Shown here: positions 8,190 through 16,726 of the stretch, one piece after another
Numbering within the stretch: the first letter of the stretch is position 1
Layout: each line of letters begins with the position of its first letter
Source: an uncultured Candidatus Saccharibacteria bacterium
GTDB taxonomy: Bacteria > Patescibacteriota > Minisyncoccia > Minisyncoccales > PWPS01
DNA: 57,118 nucleotides
NCBI GenBank assembly: GCA_964435025.1
Contig: CAYSXL010000001.1
Location: forward strand, 1-57,118
Direction: 5' to 3'
Made by a program: the position numbers and the translations under genes
Notes under the pieces: model-generated
What the model was told of the DNA's origin: nothing
The model's input: the letters and a program-made list of their open reading frames with translations, nothing else
Databases searched by the model: none

Positions 8190-9895
8190 TGGTTAGAATT
8201 ACGCATTTTTTGAATAAAGTAAAAAAAGAGACTTTGGGGGCGGAAAACCCGAAATTTTTACTGTCAAACAAAAAAGGTGATTACTTTTGGCTTGGAAACG
8301 GTGCTCCCGAAAGCAGGTACGAGGGATGGTTTTGCAACCTGGGAGATGGTGTCTTTCGAATTATCGAATCTCTTGCGATTGAGGATGCGGGAGAAGTTTT
8401 GGAATTACAGAATAAATTCACGCATTTTGAGAGAAGGCGAAAGGACTTAAACGAAACTTTGTATCTTTCTTCCTCTTCTCATACTTTCATATATGAACTA
8501 AGCAAAGAAAAAAGGGTAAATATCTTTTTTGATGTTAGACATTCTTATGATTGCAAGGAGGGAGCCGATTATACGGTGGAAAAAAAAGGGGATATGATGA
8601 TCGTTGAATTTGAAAATGGAATTTTTTTGGCTATCAAAGGAGGAGAAGGCCATAATACAAAGGAGAGTGTGGAACGTTATTATGATTATGACAAAAGAAG
8701 AAACTCCCCACCCTTTTCCAGAACCGTTTATCATGGAGTTACCATTTCCGGTAAAAGGCTTGTGTTTTCAGCCGCAAGAAGTAAGAGTGAAGCGGTGAGG
8801 GAAGCTAATAAATTGTTTGTAAAAAACATTGTTACCAATAAGGAAGAAGAAGTGGACATACAGTGTGTCAAGACAGCACTTTCCGATTTACTTGTTATCG
8901 ATCAGCCGGGAATTTATGCGGGTCTTCCTTGGTTTTTTCATTTTTGGCCTCGCGATGAGGCAGTGGCGCTCAAAGCGGTTTTGGAGATTGATAGAGAGAG
9001 AGGGAAGGAGATTTTCTTTAGGCTTTTAAATGACGCAATGAAAAAAGGCCCCGGAGGAGTAATAAATATCGATGCTGCCGGATGGCTCTTTAAAAGAGCG
9101 GAAGATATTCTGCCCCTTACAAACAAAAAAGAGAAAGAAATGATGAGTAGGGGGTTGAAGAGACATATTGAAGAACTTTTATGGTCCTTCACAGAGAGTG
9201 ATTTAGCGGTAAACAGAAATAAAGAAACGTGGATGGATAGTCTTGACAGAAGCGGAGCAAGAATCGAAATTCAGGCAATGAGGCTTAATATATATCGTTT
9301 GGCTTCTGTTTTGGCAAAAAGAAGAAGAGAGAGAAAGCTCTATAAAAAAATGGAGACACATTTAAGAAAAAAGGTAAGAAAAATATTTTTTGACGGGAAT
9401 AACCTTTATGACGGGTATTACCCCCACAAAAATATCGTGGAGAAAGTAATTAGACCCAATATCTTTATTGCCGCCTACATATATCCTCAACTTCTTACGG
9501 GAAAAGAATGGATGAACTGTTTTGATAATGCGCTTGAAGCTCTATGGCTCCCTTGGGGAGGAATAGCAACAATTGACAAGAAGAACGACAATTTCCACGA
9601 TACCCATACCGGAGAGAATCCCGGTAGTTATCATCAAGGAGATAGTTGGTTTTATGTGAATAACTTGGCAGCGATTGTGCTTTTTCGTTTAAATAAGAGA
9701 AAATATACGGGGTATATTAGTAAGATAATGGAAGCGAGCAGAGAAGAGATCTTGTCCCGGGGGGCTGTGGGAGCTCACGGAGAAGTAAGTTCCGCAAAAG
9801 AACTAAAAAGTGAGGGGTGTGTAAGTCAGGCTTGGAGCAATGCGATGTATTTGGAGGCAAAAAGGGAGATGGGAAAACAACTTCCGCGCCCTTAA
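8189..9895 (+). CDS. Amylo-alpha-1,6-glucosidase / glycogen debranching enzyme C-terminal-domain family (GH133-like)
   Basis: (alpha/alpha)6-barrel-type motifs: GLPWFFHFWPRDEAVAL, ETWMDS, YHQGDSWFYVNN, SQAWSNA. The start overlaps the GT3 stop (TAATG). Confidence 0.75.
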   Translation: MVRITHFLNKVKKETLGAENPKFLLSNKKGDYFWLGNGAPESRYEGWFCNLGDGVFRIIESLAIEDAGEVLELQNKFTHFERRRKDLNETLYLSSSSHTFIYELSKEKRVNIFFDVRHSYDCKEGADYTVEKKGDMMIVEFENGIFLAIKGGEGHNTKESVERYYDYDKRRNSPPFSRTVYHGVTISGKRLVFSAARSKSEAVREANKLFVKNIVTNKEEEVDIQCVKTALSDLLVIDQPGIYAGLPWFFHFWPRDEAVALKAVLEIDRERGKEIFFRLLNDAMKKGPGGVINIDAAGWLFKRAEDILPLTNKKEKEMMSRGLKRHIEELLWSFTESDLAVNRNKETWMDSLDRSGARIEIQAMRLNIYRLASVLAKRRRERKLYKKMETHLRKKVRKIFFDGNNLYDGYYPHKNIVEKVIRPNIFIAAYIYPQLLTGKEWMNCFDNALEALWLPWGGIATIDKKNDNFHDTHTGENPGSYHQGDSWFYVNNLAAIVLFRLNKRKYTGYISKIMEASREEILSRGAVGAHGEVSSAKELKSEGCVSQAWSNAMYLEAKREMGKQLPRP

Positions 9896-9910
9896 GTATC
9901 GTTCCTTTTA

Positions 9911-11164
9911 CTATATGGTTTCGATTATCTCTTTAATTGTTTCCATATTTTTCCCACCGAGATCTTTTCGGGTTATTTTTCGGGAAACGTAAAGAGCTGC
10001 GAGAGGTTTACTTTCTTTACTTTTGTATCGTGTGGGGTAGGTCTGCTCCAAGTCTCTTTTCAGGATAAAAATTTCTTTCTCTTTCAGTTTTTCTAATTTA
10101 TCTTGAAGTGTCATATTTTTGTTTATCTTGGGAAAACTCTTTACTTTCCGCAGAGAGGTGGAATTTATTGCGTCTTTATCAAGCATAATCGCATAAGGAA
10201 TATCAAAAATTTCACAAAGTATGGAATAAATGTCGACGGAACCTTTTCCGCTCGTATAAACTACTTTTATATCCTTATTTTTCCGATAAAATTTGTTTAG
10301 CATTTCGCGCATAAAGATGCGATCGGAGACCCCCTCTACAAGGAGAACTTTATCCGCAAAGAGCATTGCGGAATTGTCGTCGTTTATCTCTTGCATAAAA
10401 CGATCAATGTCTATGTTTCTCTTATGAAACCCGTGTACGCATGTGCTGTAATCCTTGTTTCTTGCCACTCGCCAAGTGTAAGGTAAATATTTGGCCTGCA
10501 CGAAAGAAGGGTGGTGCGTGGTGAAGAAGATTTGCTTTTCCCGGCATTTTTTTTCCAGAACGTATAAAAACCTTCTTATTATAGAAGGATGGAGATGAGC
10601 TTCCGGCTCATCAATTAGGATGATTTTATAACGTGGGTGGAAGACATAAAAGAGGATAACAAAGAGCCTTTTAAAACCGGCGCCAATCCTTTTGGGCGAA
10701 CGTTTTTTCTTGTCGGCGTAAATATTGAAAACAAACAACTCTTCGCTTATTTCCATTTCTTTAAAATAATCCTCGATAGTGGAAGAAAAAGCATCATATT
10801 CCTTGGGGTGCTTCTCTTTGAATTCTTTTAGATTATTTGCTACCTCCGTGTAGTCTACTTTACCATCTATCCGTACGAAAAATTTTCCCATATCCGGAAT
10901 TCCGGGCTTGCTAAACTCTCCTTTTTGAAAAGCAAGAGTGTGACGTTTTCCGTTATTGGAGATGGTAATACTGATATCCGTATCTTTGTCGAAGAAACGT
11001 TCTTTCTCCGGATCTTTAACAAAAAAAAGGTTTATCGCATCAAGGACGTTTGTTTTTCCCGCGTTGTTCGGGCCAACAAGAATTTGGAAATTCGAAAAAT
11101 CCCGAAGGTGAACCGGAGCTTTAATGCTTTTGTAGTGGTTGATGTTAATTTCTTCCAATTTCAT
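9911..11164 (-). CDS. OLD-family ATP-dependent endonuclease (ABC-type ATPase plus Toprim)
   Basis: Walker A VGPNNAGKTN, Walker B/D-loop ILIDEPEAHLHPS, Toprim Glu in LLVEGVSDRIF, and DxD in MLDKDA. The start at MKLEEININHYKSI (11164) fits the family N-terminus; the ORF is open to 11182. Confidence 0.8.
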   Translation of the reverse strand: MKLEEININHYKSIKAPVHLRDFSNFQILVGPNNAGKTNVLDAINLFFVKDPEKERFFDKDTDISITISNNGKRHTLAFQKGEFSKPGIPDMGKFFVRIDGKVDYTEVANNLKEFKEKHPKEYDAFSSTIEDYFKEMEISEELFVFNIYADKKKRSPKRIGAGFKRLFVILFYVFHPRYKIILIDEPEAHLHPSIIRRFLYVLEKKCREKQIFFTTHHPSFVQAKYLPYTWRVARNKDYSTCVHGFHKRNIDIDRFMQEINDDNSAMLFADKVLLVEGVSDRIFMREMLNKFYRKNKDIKVVYTSGKGSVDIYSILCEIFDIPYAIMLDKDAINSTSLRKVKSFPKINKNMTLQDKLEKLKEKEIFILKRDLEQTYPTRYKSKESKPLAALYVSRKITRKDLGGKNMETIKEIIETI

Positions 11165-11231
11165 TACGACCATTATATACAACTTTCACAAAAAAGAAAT
11201 ATGATAATTTTCAGTTTTGGGGAGAAAGGGG

Positions 11232-11259
11232 TTGCATAATTGGAAAAACTATCTATAAT
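11232..11259 (+). promoter_or_regulatory. Sigma70-like promoter for the small acidic protein gene
   Basis: TTGCAT, 16 nt spacer, TATAAT. Confidence 0.5.
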
Positions 11260-11303
11260 GGACAAAGGTAAAAAGGTCGAGTTATACGTAAAAAAAAATC
11301 GGT

Positions 11304-11582
11304 ATGGATACCAAAAAAATACTTATTGTTATCGCGATAGTTTTGGGTATAGTTGTTATTGTTGCCGCTTTCTCGCTTATGAGTGAGCCTGCGGAATTCG
11401 AATTTGAAGAGGATGAGGACCTCTTGGAAGAAGATCCTTTTGATTTCGAAGATGAAGAAACTGACGTAGAAGAAGAGGTTGTAGATGAAGACGAGGAAGA
11501 CGAAGATGAGGAAGCTGACGAGGAAGATGAGGAAGAGGAAGAAGACGAGGAAGAAGACGAGGAAGAAGGAGCGGAATACTAA
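11304..11582 (+). CDS. Small membrane-anchored polyacidic protein (one TM helix plus a ~60-aa D/E tail)
   Basis: ILIVIAIVLGIVVIVAAFSL is followed by almost pure D/E sequence. The gene has its own promoter and terminator. Confidence 0.6.
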   Translation: MDTKKILIVIAIVLGIVVIVAAFSLMSEPAEFEFEEDEDLLEEDPFDFEDEETDVEEEVVDEDEEDEDEEADEEDEEEEEDEEEDEEEGAEY

Positions 11583-11610
11583 AGATTACTTCTTCTAAAT
11601 TGAAAATTTA

Positions 11611-11636
11611 AAAAGCCCTCTCCCTGAGGGCTTTTT
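11611..11636 (+). terminator. Rho-independent terminator
   Basis: AAAAGCCCTC-TCCCT-GAGGGCTTTT followed by T residues. Confidence 0.65.
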
Positions 11637-11674
11637 ATATTGCCAACCCATTTGCAATGTGATAGAGTTTGAAA

Positions 11675-12712
11675 ATGTCTTTAAAGTTTAAAATAACCGT
11701 AGTTGGCGGGACGATTATCGGTTTAGCGCTCTTTACATGGGGGCTTACTTTTCTTGGCAATAAGTACTTTCCAAGAGAGGAGAGTGTGACAGTAAATGAA
11801 GCTTCGGTTGTTGCGGAAAGCTGGATAAAAAATTTTTCTTCTTCTTACCCTCTTTACGGCAAGGATCTCCAGCTCGTAGAAGAAAGAGGGAGAGGTAGAG
11901 GAGAATACGAATTCGTTTTTGAATTTGTTACGGAAAACCCCGAGTACGGGAAAAGGAAAAACGAAATGTTTATACAAACCAAGGAAACAGAAGTTGTAAC
12001 TGCGATAACCAACGAGGTGTTTAACGAAATGAGCAGGGAGTATATAGAAAAGGAAGCTACCGTTCTCGTTTATCTTGTTACAAAAGAGGACGGAGAAGAG
12101 GAGGAAGTGGTATCCGTGGAGAGAGTGGTGACAGAATCGGAAAAGAATGAGGAGGATGTTCTCATGGAACTTTTAAGCGGTCCGACGGAAGAAGAGATGC
12201 AAGCGGGATACGATACCTCGATCGGTGGGAATATCGAACTTTATTCCTTTGATATTGAAGGAAGAACGGCGTACATCGAGTTAAGTGTTGGTTTAAATGA
12301 GCTTTCCACTTTGGCGAGAGAGCAGATAGAAAATACGGTAATGCAGTTTAATACCATAGATACCGTAGAAGAACCGAAAAGAAAGGAAGTGGTTAAACTT
12401 GAGTTGGAAGGAATCCCGGAAGGATTTATCTTTGAAAGAGATATGAAAGAAGGAGATAAGGGTGAAGATGTTAAATATCTTCAAATTATGTTAAACGCCG
12501 ACCCGGACACGAAAATAGCGGAAAGGGGGCCGGGTTCTCCCGGAGAGGAAACAGAGTATCTTGGACCCGCCACAGTGAAAGCATTAATGTCTTTTCAAAG
12601 AAAGTACGCGGATGAAGTTTTGGAACCTGCCGGACTTACTTTGGCTACGGGGGTTGTGGACGAGCACACCAGAGATAAACTAAACGCTATATTAGAAGCA
12701 AGCGGTTGGTAA
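11675..12712 (+). CDS. Membrane-anchored GerMN-domain protein with a C-terminal peptidoglycan-binding (PG_binding_1-like) domain
   Basis: N-terminal TM helix. GerMN-like LMELLSGPTEEEMQAGYDTSIGGNIELYSFDIEGRTAYIELS. PG-binding-like GEDVKYLQIMLN...ATVKALMSFQRKY...GVVDEHTRDKL. Confidence 0.65.
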   Translation: MSLKFKITVVGGTIIGLALFTWGLTFLGNKYFPREESVTVNEASVVAESWIKNFSSSYPLYGKDLQLVEERGRGRGEYEFVFEFVTENPEYGKRKNEMFIQTKETEVVTAITNEVFNEMSREYIEKEATVLVYLVTKEDGEEEEVVSVERVVTESEKNEEDVLMELLSGPTEEEMQAGYDTSIGGNIELYSFDIEGRTAYIELSVGLNELSTLAREQIENTVMQFNTIDTVEEPKRKEVVKLELEGIPEGFIFERDMKEGDKGEDVKYLQIMLNADPDTKIAERGPGSPGEETEYLGPATVKALMSFQRKYADEVLEPAGLTLATGVVDEHTRDKLNAILEASGW

Positions 12713-12755
12713 TAAAATTAAAAAAGGTCGAATTTATTAGTAAGTAAATAAGAAT

Positions 12756-13532
12756 ATGTTGAATAAAATAGCTGCAGTAGTCGTAATTTTTGCCGTAGTC
12801 GCTCTTGTCGGGTTTTTTATTTCCACCCTGGAGGCTCCGGAGCAGTTAGAGGAGGATTCGACCGTGGTTGCGGAAGAGTGGGTTCGTGATAATGCATCAA
12901 CCTTTGTAGAGAGAGGAGGTGCGGAACTCGAACACGTTAGCGAAGTTGAAGTTGAAGACGGCGTGTTTGAAGTTGAATTCACTTTCGAAACGGATTTTGC
13001 CGGGTACGGACCGGTCGATGAGGAAGAAATGTACGCGCAGGTTATAACCGAACATTCGATTTTGGTAGTTGTTGAGGACGGTGAAGTCGTTAGTGCGATA
13101 ACGAGCGGAGAGTTCGATGAGATAACAGAGGAAGAGATTGAAAAAGAAAAAGTCGACGAAACAATTTCTTTTGATGTTTATTTTGTGCTTGTTGAGGATG
13201 GGCAGGAGGAAATTGTGCCGGTAGAAAGAGAAGTTGATTATACGCAGGAAGTTGGAAGAGTTTCTCTCGAGGAGCTTTTGAAAGGACCAACCGAGAACGA
13301 AAAGGAAGAAGGGTATTCCACCTCGATAGAAGAAGACACGGAGCTTCTCTCCCTTCATATTGAGGAGAGGGTGGCATATGCCGATTTTAGCGAAGAACTG
13401 GAGGTGGATGGAGGTTCCGCACTGGTGATGGGTATTCGAGATCAGATAACGGAAACTCTTACTCAATTTGACAGTGTGGACGAGGTTGAAATCAGTATTG
13501 AGGGTGAGACGGAAGACATTCTTCAACCATAA
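12756..13532 (+). CDS. Membrane-anchored GerMN-domain protein (paralog of the upstream gene)
   Basis: N-terminal TM helix. LEELLKGPTENEKEEGYSTSIEEDTELLSLHIEERVAYADFSEEL. The N-terminal region (VVAE.W.....S) resembles that of 11675-12712. Confidence 0.65.
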   Translation: MLNKIAAVVVIFAVVALVGFFISTLEAPEQLEEDSTVVAEEWVRDNASTFVERGGAELEHVSEVEVEDGVFEVEFTFETDFAGYGPVDEEEMYAQVITEHSILVVVEDGEVVSAITSGEFDEITEEEIEKEKVDETISFDVYFVLVEDGQEEIVPVEREVDYTQEVGRVSLEELLKGPTENEKEEGYSTSIEEDTELLSLHIEERVAYADFSEELEVDGGSALVMGIRDQITETLTQFDSVDEVEISIEGETEDILQP

Positions 13533-13556
13533 ACACCGAGCGGAATTTGATAGAAA

Positions 13557-13585
13557 CAGCGGTACATTTTGTACCGCTGTTTTTT
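13557..13585 (+). terminator. Rho-independent terminator
   Basis: CAGCGGTAC-ATTTT-GTACCGCTG followed by TTTTTT. Confidence 0.75.
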
Positions 13586-13616
13586 AAAAGAGCAATATAG
13601 TGTAGAATAACGGAAT

Positions 13617-14474
13617 ATGACAAATCCGAGAATAGGAGCACATATTTCAATCGCGGGAGGGCTTAATGAAAGCATTAAACGCGGAAAAAAAATGGGGGTA
13701 GAGTGTATGCAGATATTTGCCGGGAGCCCCCGGAGATACGAGATTTCTCATCCTTCCGAAAAAGAAATTAAAGAGTTTCGCAAGCTTTTAAAGGAGAGCG
13801 ATATATATCCCGTCTATGTTCATGCAAATTACCCGCTAAATCTTGCTTCCGAGGATGAAATGATACGAAAAAAATCTTTAAAGAATATTGAAGAAACACT
13901 TAAATTAGTCTCATTACTGGGTTTACAGGGATTAATTTATCATCCGGGGTCTCCAAAGGGGGGAGATAAGAAAAAAGCTATTTTAAGGGAAATAGGAAAT
14001 ATAAAAAAAGTTCTTGCAAATACTCCCGCGGACTCCGTGCTTATTTTGGAGAATACCGCAGGAGAAAAAAAGATTGGAACCAATCCAAGAGAAGTGGGCT
14101 ATATTTTCGGCAGTATCAACTCTTCACGGCTTAGAGTTTGTGTTGACACTGCGCATTCGTTTGAAGCGGGAAATATTACCAATTTCAGTATACCGGAAAT
14201 AAGAAAATGGATTTCTTCTTGGGAAAAGGAGGTAGGTGCTTGTAATATCTCACTCCTCCATATAAATGATTCCGCTACTACCGTAGGCTCGCAACACGAT
14301 CGTCACGAAAACATAGGAAACGGTCATATTGGAAGAAAGGGATTTACCAACTTAATAAGCGTTGAAAAAGCAAGAAACATTCCTTGGATTTTGGAAGTAC
14401 CCGGATTTGACGGAAGGGGGCCGGACAAAAAGAATGTAGATATATTAAAAAAGATAAGAAGGCAGAAACTATAA
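13617..14474 (+). CDS. nfo: Endonuclease IV (AP endonuclease family 2)
   Basis: IGAHISIAGG, MQIFAGSPR, VHANYPLNLAS, LILENTAG, VCVDTAHSF, LHINDS, H...HENIG.G. Confidence 0.9.
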   Translation: MTNPRIGAHISIAGGLNESIKRGKKMGVECMQIFAGSPRRYEISHPSEKEIKEFRKLLKESDIYPVYVHANYPLNLASEDEMIRKKSLKNIEETLKLVSLLGLQGLIYHPGSPKGGDKKKAILREIGNIKKVLANTPADSVLILENTAGEKKIGTNPREVGYIFGSINSSRLRVCVDTAHSFEAGNITNFSIPEIRKWISSWEKEVGACNISLLHINDSATTVGSQHDRHENIGNGHIGRKGFTNLISVEKARNIPWILEVPGFDGRGPDKKNVDILKKIRRQKL

Positions 14475-14547
14475 ATTGTGAAGTTTGCTTTTTCTCCTTT
14501 TTAAATATAAAATGAACGAAGTTTATTAGTTTAATTTGTTATAAGTT

Positions 14548-14979
14548 ATGAAAAAAGTAGTTGTTGGAGGAACTTTTGACCTGTTACACAGAGGACATAG
14601 AGAGTTTTTAACCAAAGCGTCGTCTTTGGGAGAGCTTAAAATAGGACTTACTTCCGATGAGATGGCAAAAAGAACAAAAGGAGTGGAGGTGGAGAAATAC
14701 GAGGAACGTGAAAAGAATCTTCTGGAACTTTTTCCAAAAGCGAAAATAGAGAAAATCGATGATCCGGTAGGCTTTGCTCTTTATGAGGATTTTGATTTTA
14801 TTGTAGTTTCTTTAGAAACGAGGTCACGCGCGGAAAAAATAAACAGTAAAAGAAAAGACAACGGAAAAAACGAAATGGAAATTGTGGAAGTGGACTTTGT
14901 TCTTGCTACAGACGGTAATCCGGTTTCTTCTTCCAGGATAAGAAAAAACGAAATTGATAAGGAGGGGAAATTAATTTAG
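14548..14979 (+). CDS. Cytidylyltransferase-fold nucleotidyltransferase, archaeal-type phosphopantetheine adenylyltransferase-like
   Basis: VVGGTFDLLHRGHREFL (the (H/T)xGH motif) and a C-terminal VSSSRIR motif. About 140 aa. Confidence 0.65.
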   Translation: MKKVVVGGTFDLLHRGHREFLTKASSLGELKIGLTSDEMAKRTKGVEVEKYEEREKNLLELFPKAKIEKIDDPVGFALYEDFDFIVVSLETRSRAEKINSKRKDNGKNEMEIVEVDFVLATDGNPVSSSRIRKNEIDKEGKLI

Positions 14980-14982
14980 CCT

Positions 14983-15288
14983 ATGAAAAATTTCATGGAT
15001 TTTCGTGAAATTTTGGAGGTAATTGCAAAAGCCGTGAAAAAAAAGGAAACGGTGGAAATTTACTATCCGGAAACGGAAAGCTCTTTAGAGGGGTGGAGGG
15101 AGGTTATTCCCTTCAGCCTTACTACCGATATTCCTCCCGACGGTGAAGTTCTTGTGTACGGCAAAGACAGATTAAGCCCGGGTCATATTTTTAACGCTTA
15201 TTTGACAAATGGAGAAGATAAAGAGATACGCTCCTTTATTATCGGAAAGATAAAATTTGCTCGTTCAACAAAAAGAAAACATGAATGA
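14983..15288 (+). CDS. Small hypothetical protein with a WYL-like pattern
   Basis: VEIYYPE....GWREVIPFSL....IFNAYL...EDKEIRSFIIGKIKFA resembles the WYL-domain pattern (Y...R.v.P..l...WYL.a....e.R.F.l.RI). Pattern match by eye only. Confidence 0.45.
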   Translation: MKNFMDFREILEVIAKAVKKKETVEIYYPETESSLEGWREVIPFSLTTDIPPDGEVLVYGKDRLSPGHIFNAYLTNGEDKEIRSFIIGKIKFARSTKRKHE

Positions 15289-16726
15289 AGATTATAAAAC
15301 AATAGTGGAAAGTGCCCAGGACGGCATAATTATAGTTCAAGAAGATATTATAAAATATGCCAACCCCTATGCGGAAAACTCCTTAGGCTATAACAGAGAG
15401 GGGATTAAAGGCGCGAAATTTTTAGAGCTTGTTGCCGAGGAAAGTAAAGAAGAGGTTTTAAAGAACTATGAAAAGACAATGAAAGGGGAAAAAACAAACC
15501 TGTACGAAGCAAAAATAAAAAGAAGAGATGGAAACTTACTTGCGGGAGAAATTCACGCGCATAGGATAAGCTATAAGGGAAAGCCGGCTGACCTTGTAAT
15601 TATCAGGGATATTAAGGCGAGAAAGAAAACGGAAGAAGTTCTGCGCCGACAAGAAGAAAGATTTCAAGCGGTGACCGAGAATACCCCCGATATAATTTCT
15701 CGCTTTGATGAGGATGGGCGTTATGTCTATGTTAACGCTGCGGCGGAGAAAGAGTTTGGTATTGCGAAAAAGGATTTTTTCTGGAAAACCGACAAGGATC
15801 TCGGCATAGAAAGCGAAAGATCAAAGGCTTTTCACGATGCAATCGAGTTTGTTTTTAAAAATAAAAAAAAGAAGACTTTTTACAGTGAGACTTCAATTAA
15901 TGACGAGAAGAAATATTATTATACGGTAATCGTGCCGGAATTCTACGAGGATGGTGCGGTTAATTCCGTACTCAGCATTACAAGGGATATTACCGAAATA
16001 AGAGAAATAGACCAAGCGAAATCGGAATTTATTTCTATTACCTCGCATCAGCTGCGCTCTCCGTTATCGATAATAAACTGGTGCTCTCTTTCTCTTCTTA
16101 GGGGTGATGTAGGGGAAATAGAAGGGGAACAGAAAGAGTATGTGGAAAAGATGTACGAATCGACAAGAAAAATGATTAAAATAACCGATGCCTTTCTAAA
16201 TACGACCATGCTTGATTTGGGGATGTTTGTTTTTAACCCCCGGAAAATAGATGTGGCAAGCGTAACCAAAGAAATAATTAGAAATTTTGAGAGCACCATT
16301 AAAAAAAAGGAAATAAATCTTGTGCGTGACTACAAAGAACCTTTACCGATTGAAATTGATGAACGTACTTTAAAAATAATCTTGCGCGGCCTTATTTCCA
16401 ATGCGGCCGAATATACGCCTCCACAAGGAAATATGGAGATTAGTATAAAAAGAACTTCGGAAGAAGAAATACTTATTGAGGTGGGAGATAGTGGTTGCGG
16501 AATTCCAAAAGAAGACCAGGAAAAAGTATTTAATAAATTCTTTAGAGCCGAGAAGGCGAAGGAAATAAAGGTTTACGGCACCGGTCTTGATCTTTATCTA
16601 ATAAAGTCGCTTCTTGAAAAAGTAGGAGGAAGCATTGAACTCGAGTCTCCAAATCCAAAATTTAATGCGGGAGCGGTTTTCAGTATCAGATTGCCTGTTA
16701 CTACCAAGGAAGAAAATGAGTTTTAA
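15281..16726 (+). CDS. Cytoplasmic PAS-PAS sensor histidine kinase
   Basis: Two PAS-like segments, the HisKA H-box ITSHQLRSPL, and HATPase N/G boxes (NAAEYT, DSGCGIP, GTGLDLYL). No TM helix. ATG 15281 overlaps the upstream stop (ATGAATGA). Confidence 0.85.
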   Translation: MNEDYKTIVESAQDGIIIVQEDIIKYANPYAENSLGYNREGIKGAKFLELVAEESKEEVLKNYEKTMKGEKTNLYEAKIKRRDGNLLAGEIHAHRISYKGKPADLVIIRDIKARKKTEEVLRRQEERFQAVTENTPDIISRFDEDGRYVYVNAAAEKEFGIAKKDFFWKTDKDLGIESERSKAFHDAIEFVFKNKKKKTFYSETSINDEKKYYYTVIVPEFYEDGAVNSVLSITRDITEIREIDQAKSEFISITSHQLRSPLSIINWCSLSLLRGDVGEIEGEQKEYVEKMYESTRKMIKITDAFLNTTMLDLGMFVFNPRKIDVASVTKEIIRNFESTIKKKEINLVRDYKEPLPIEIDERTLKIILRGLISNAAEYTPPQGNMEISIKRTSEEEILIEVGDSGCGIPKEDQEKVFNKFFRAEKAKEIKVYGTGLDLYLIKSLLEKVGGSIELESPNPKFNAGAVFSIRLPVTTKEENEF

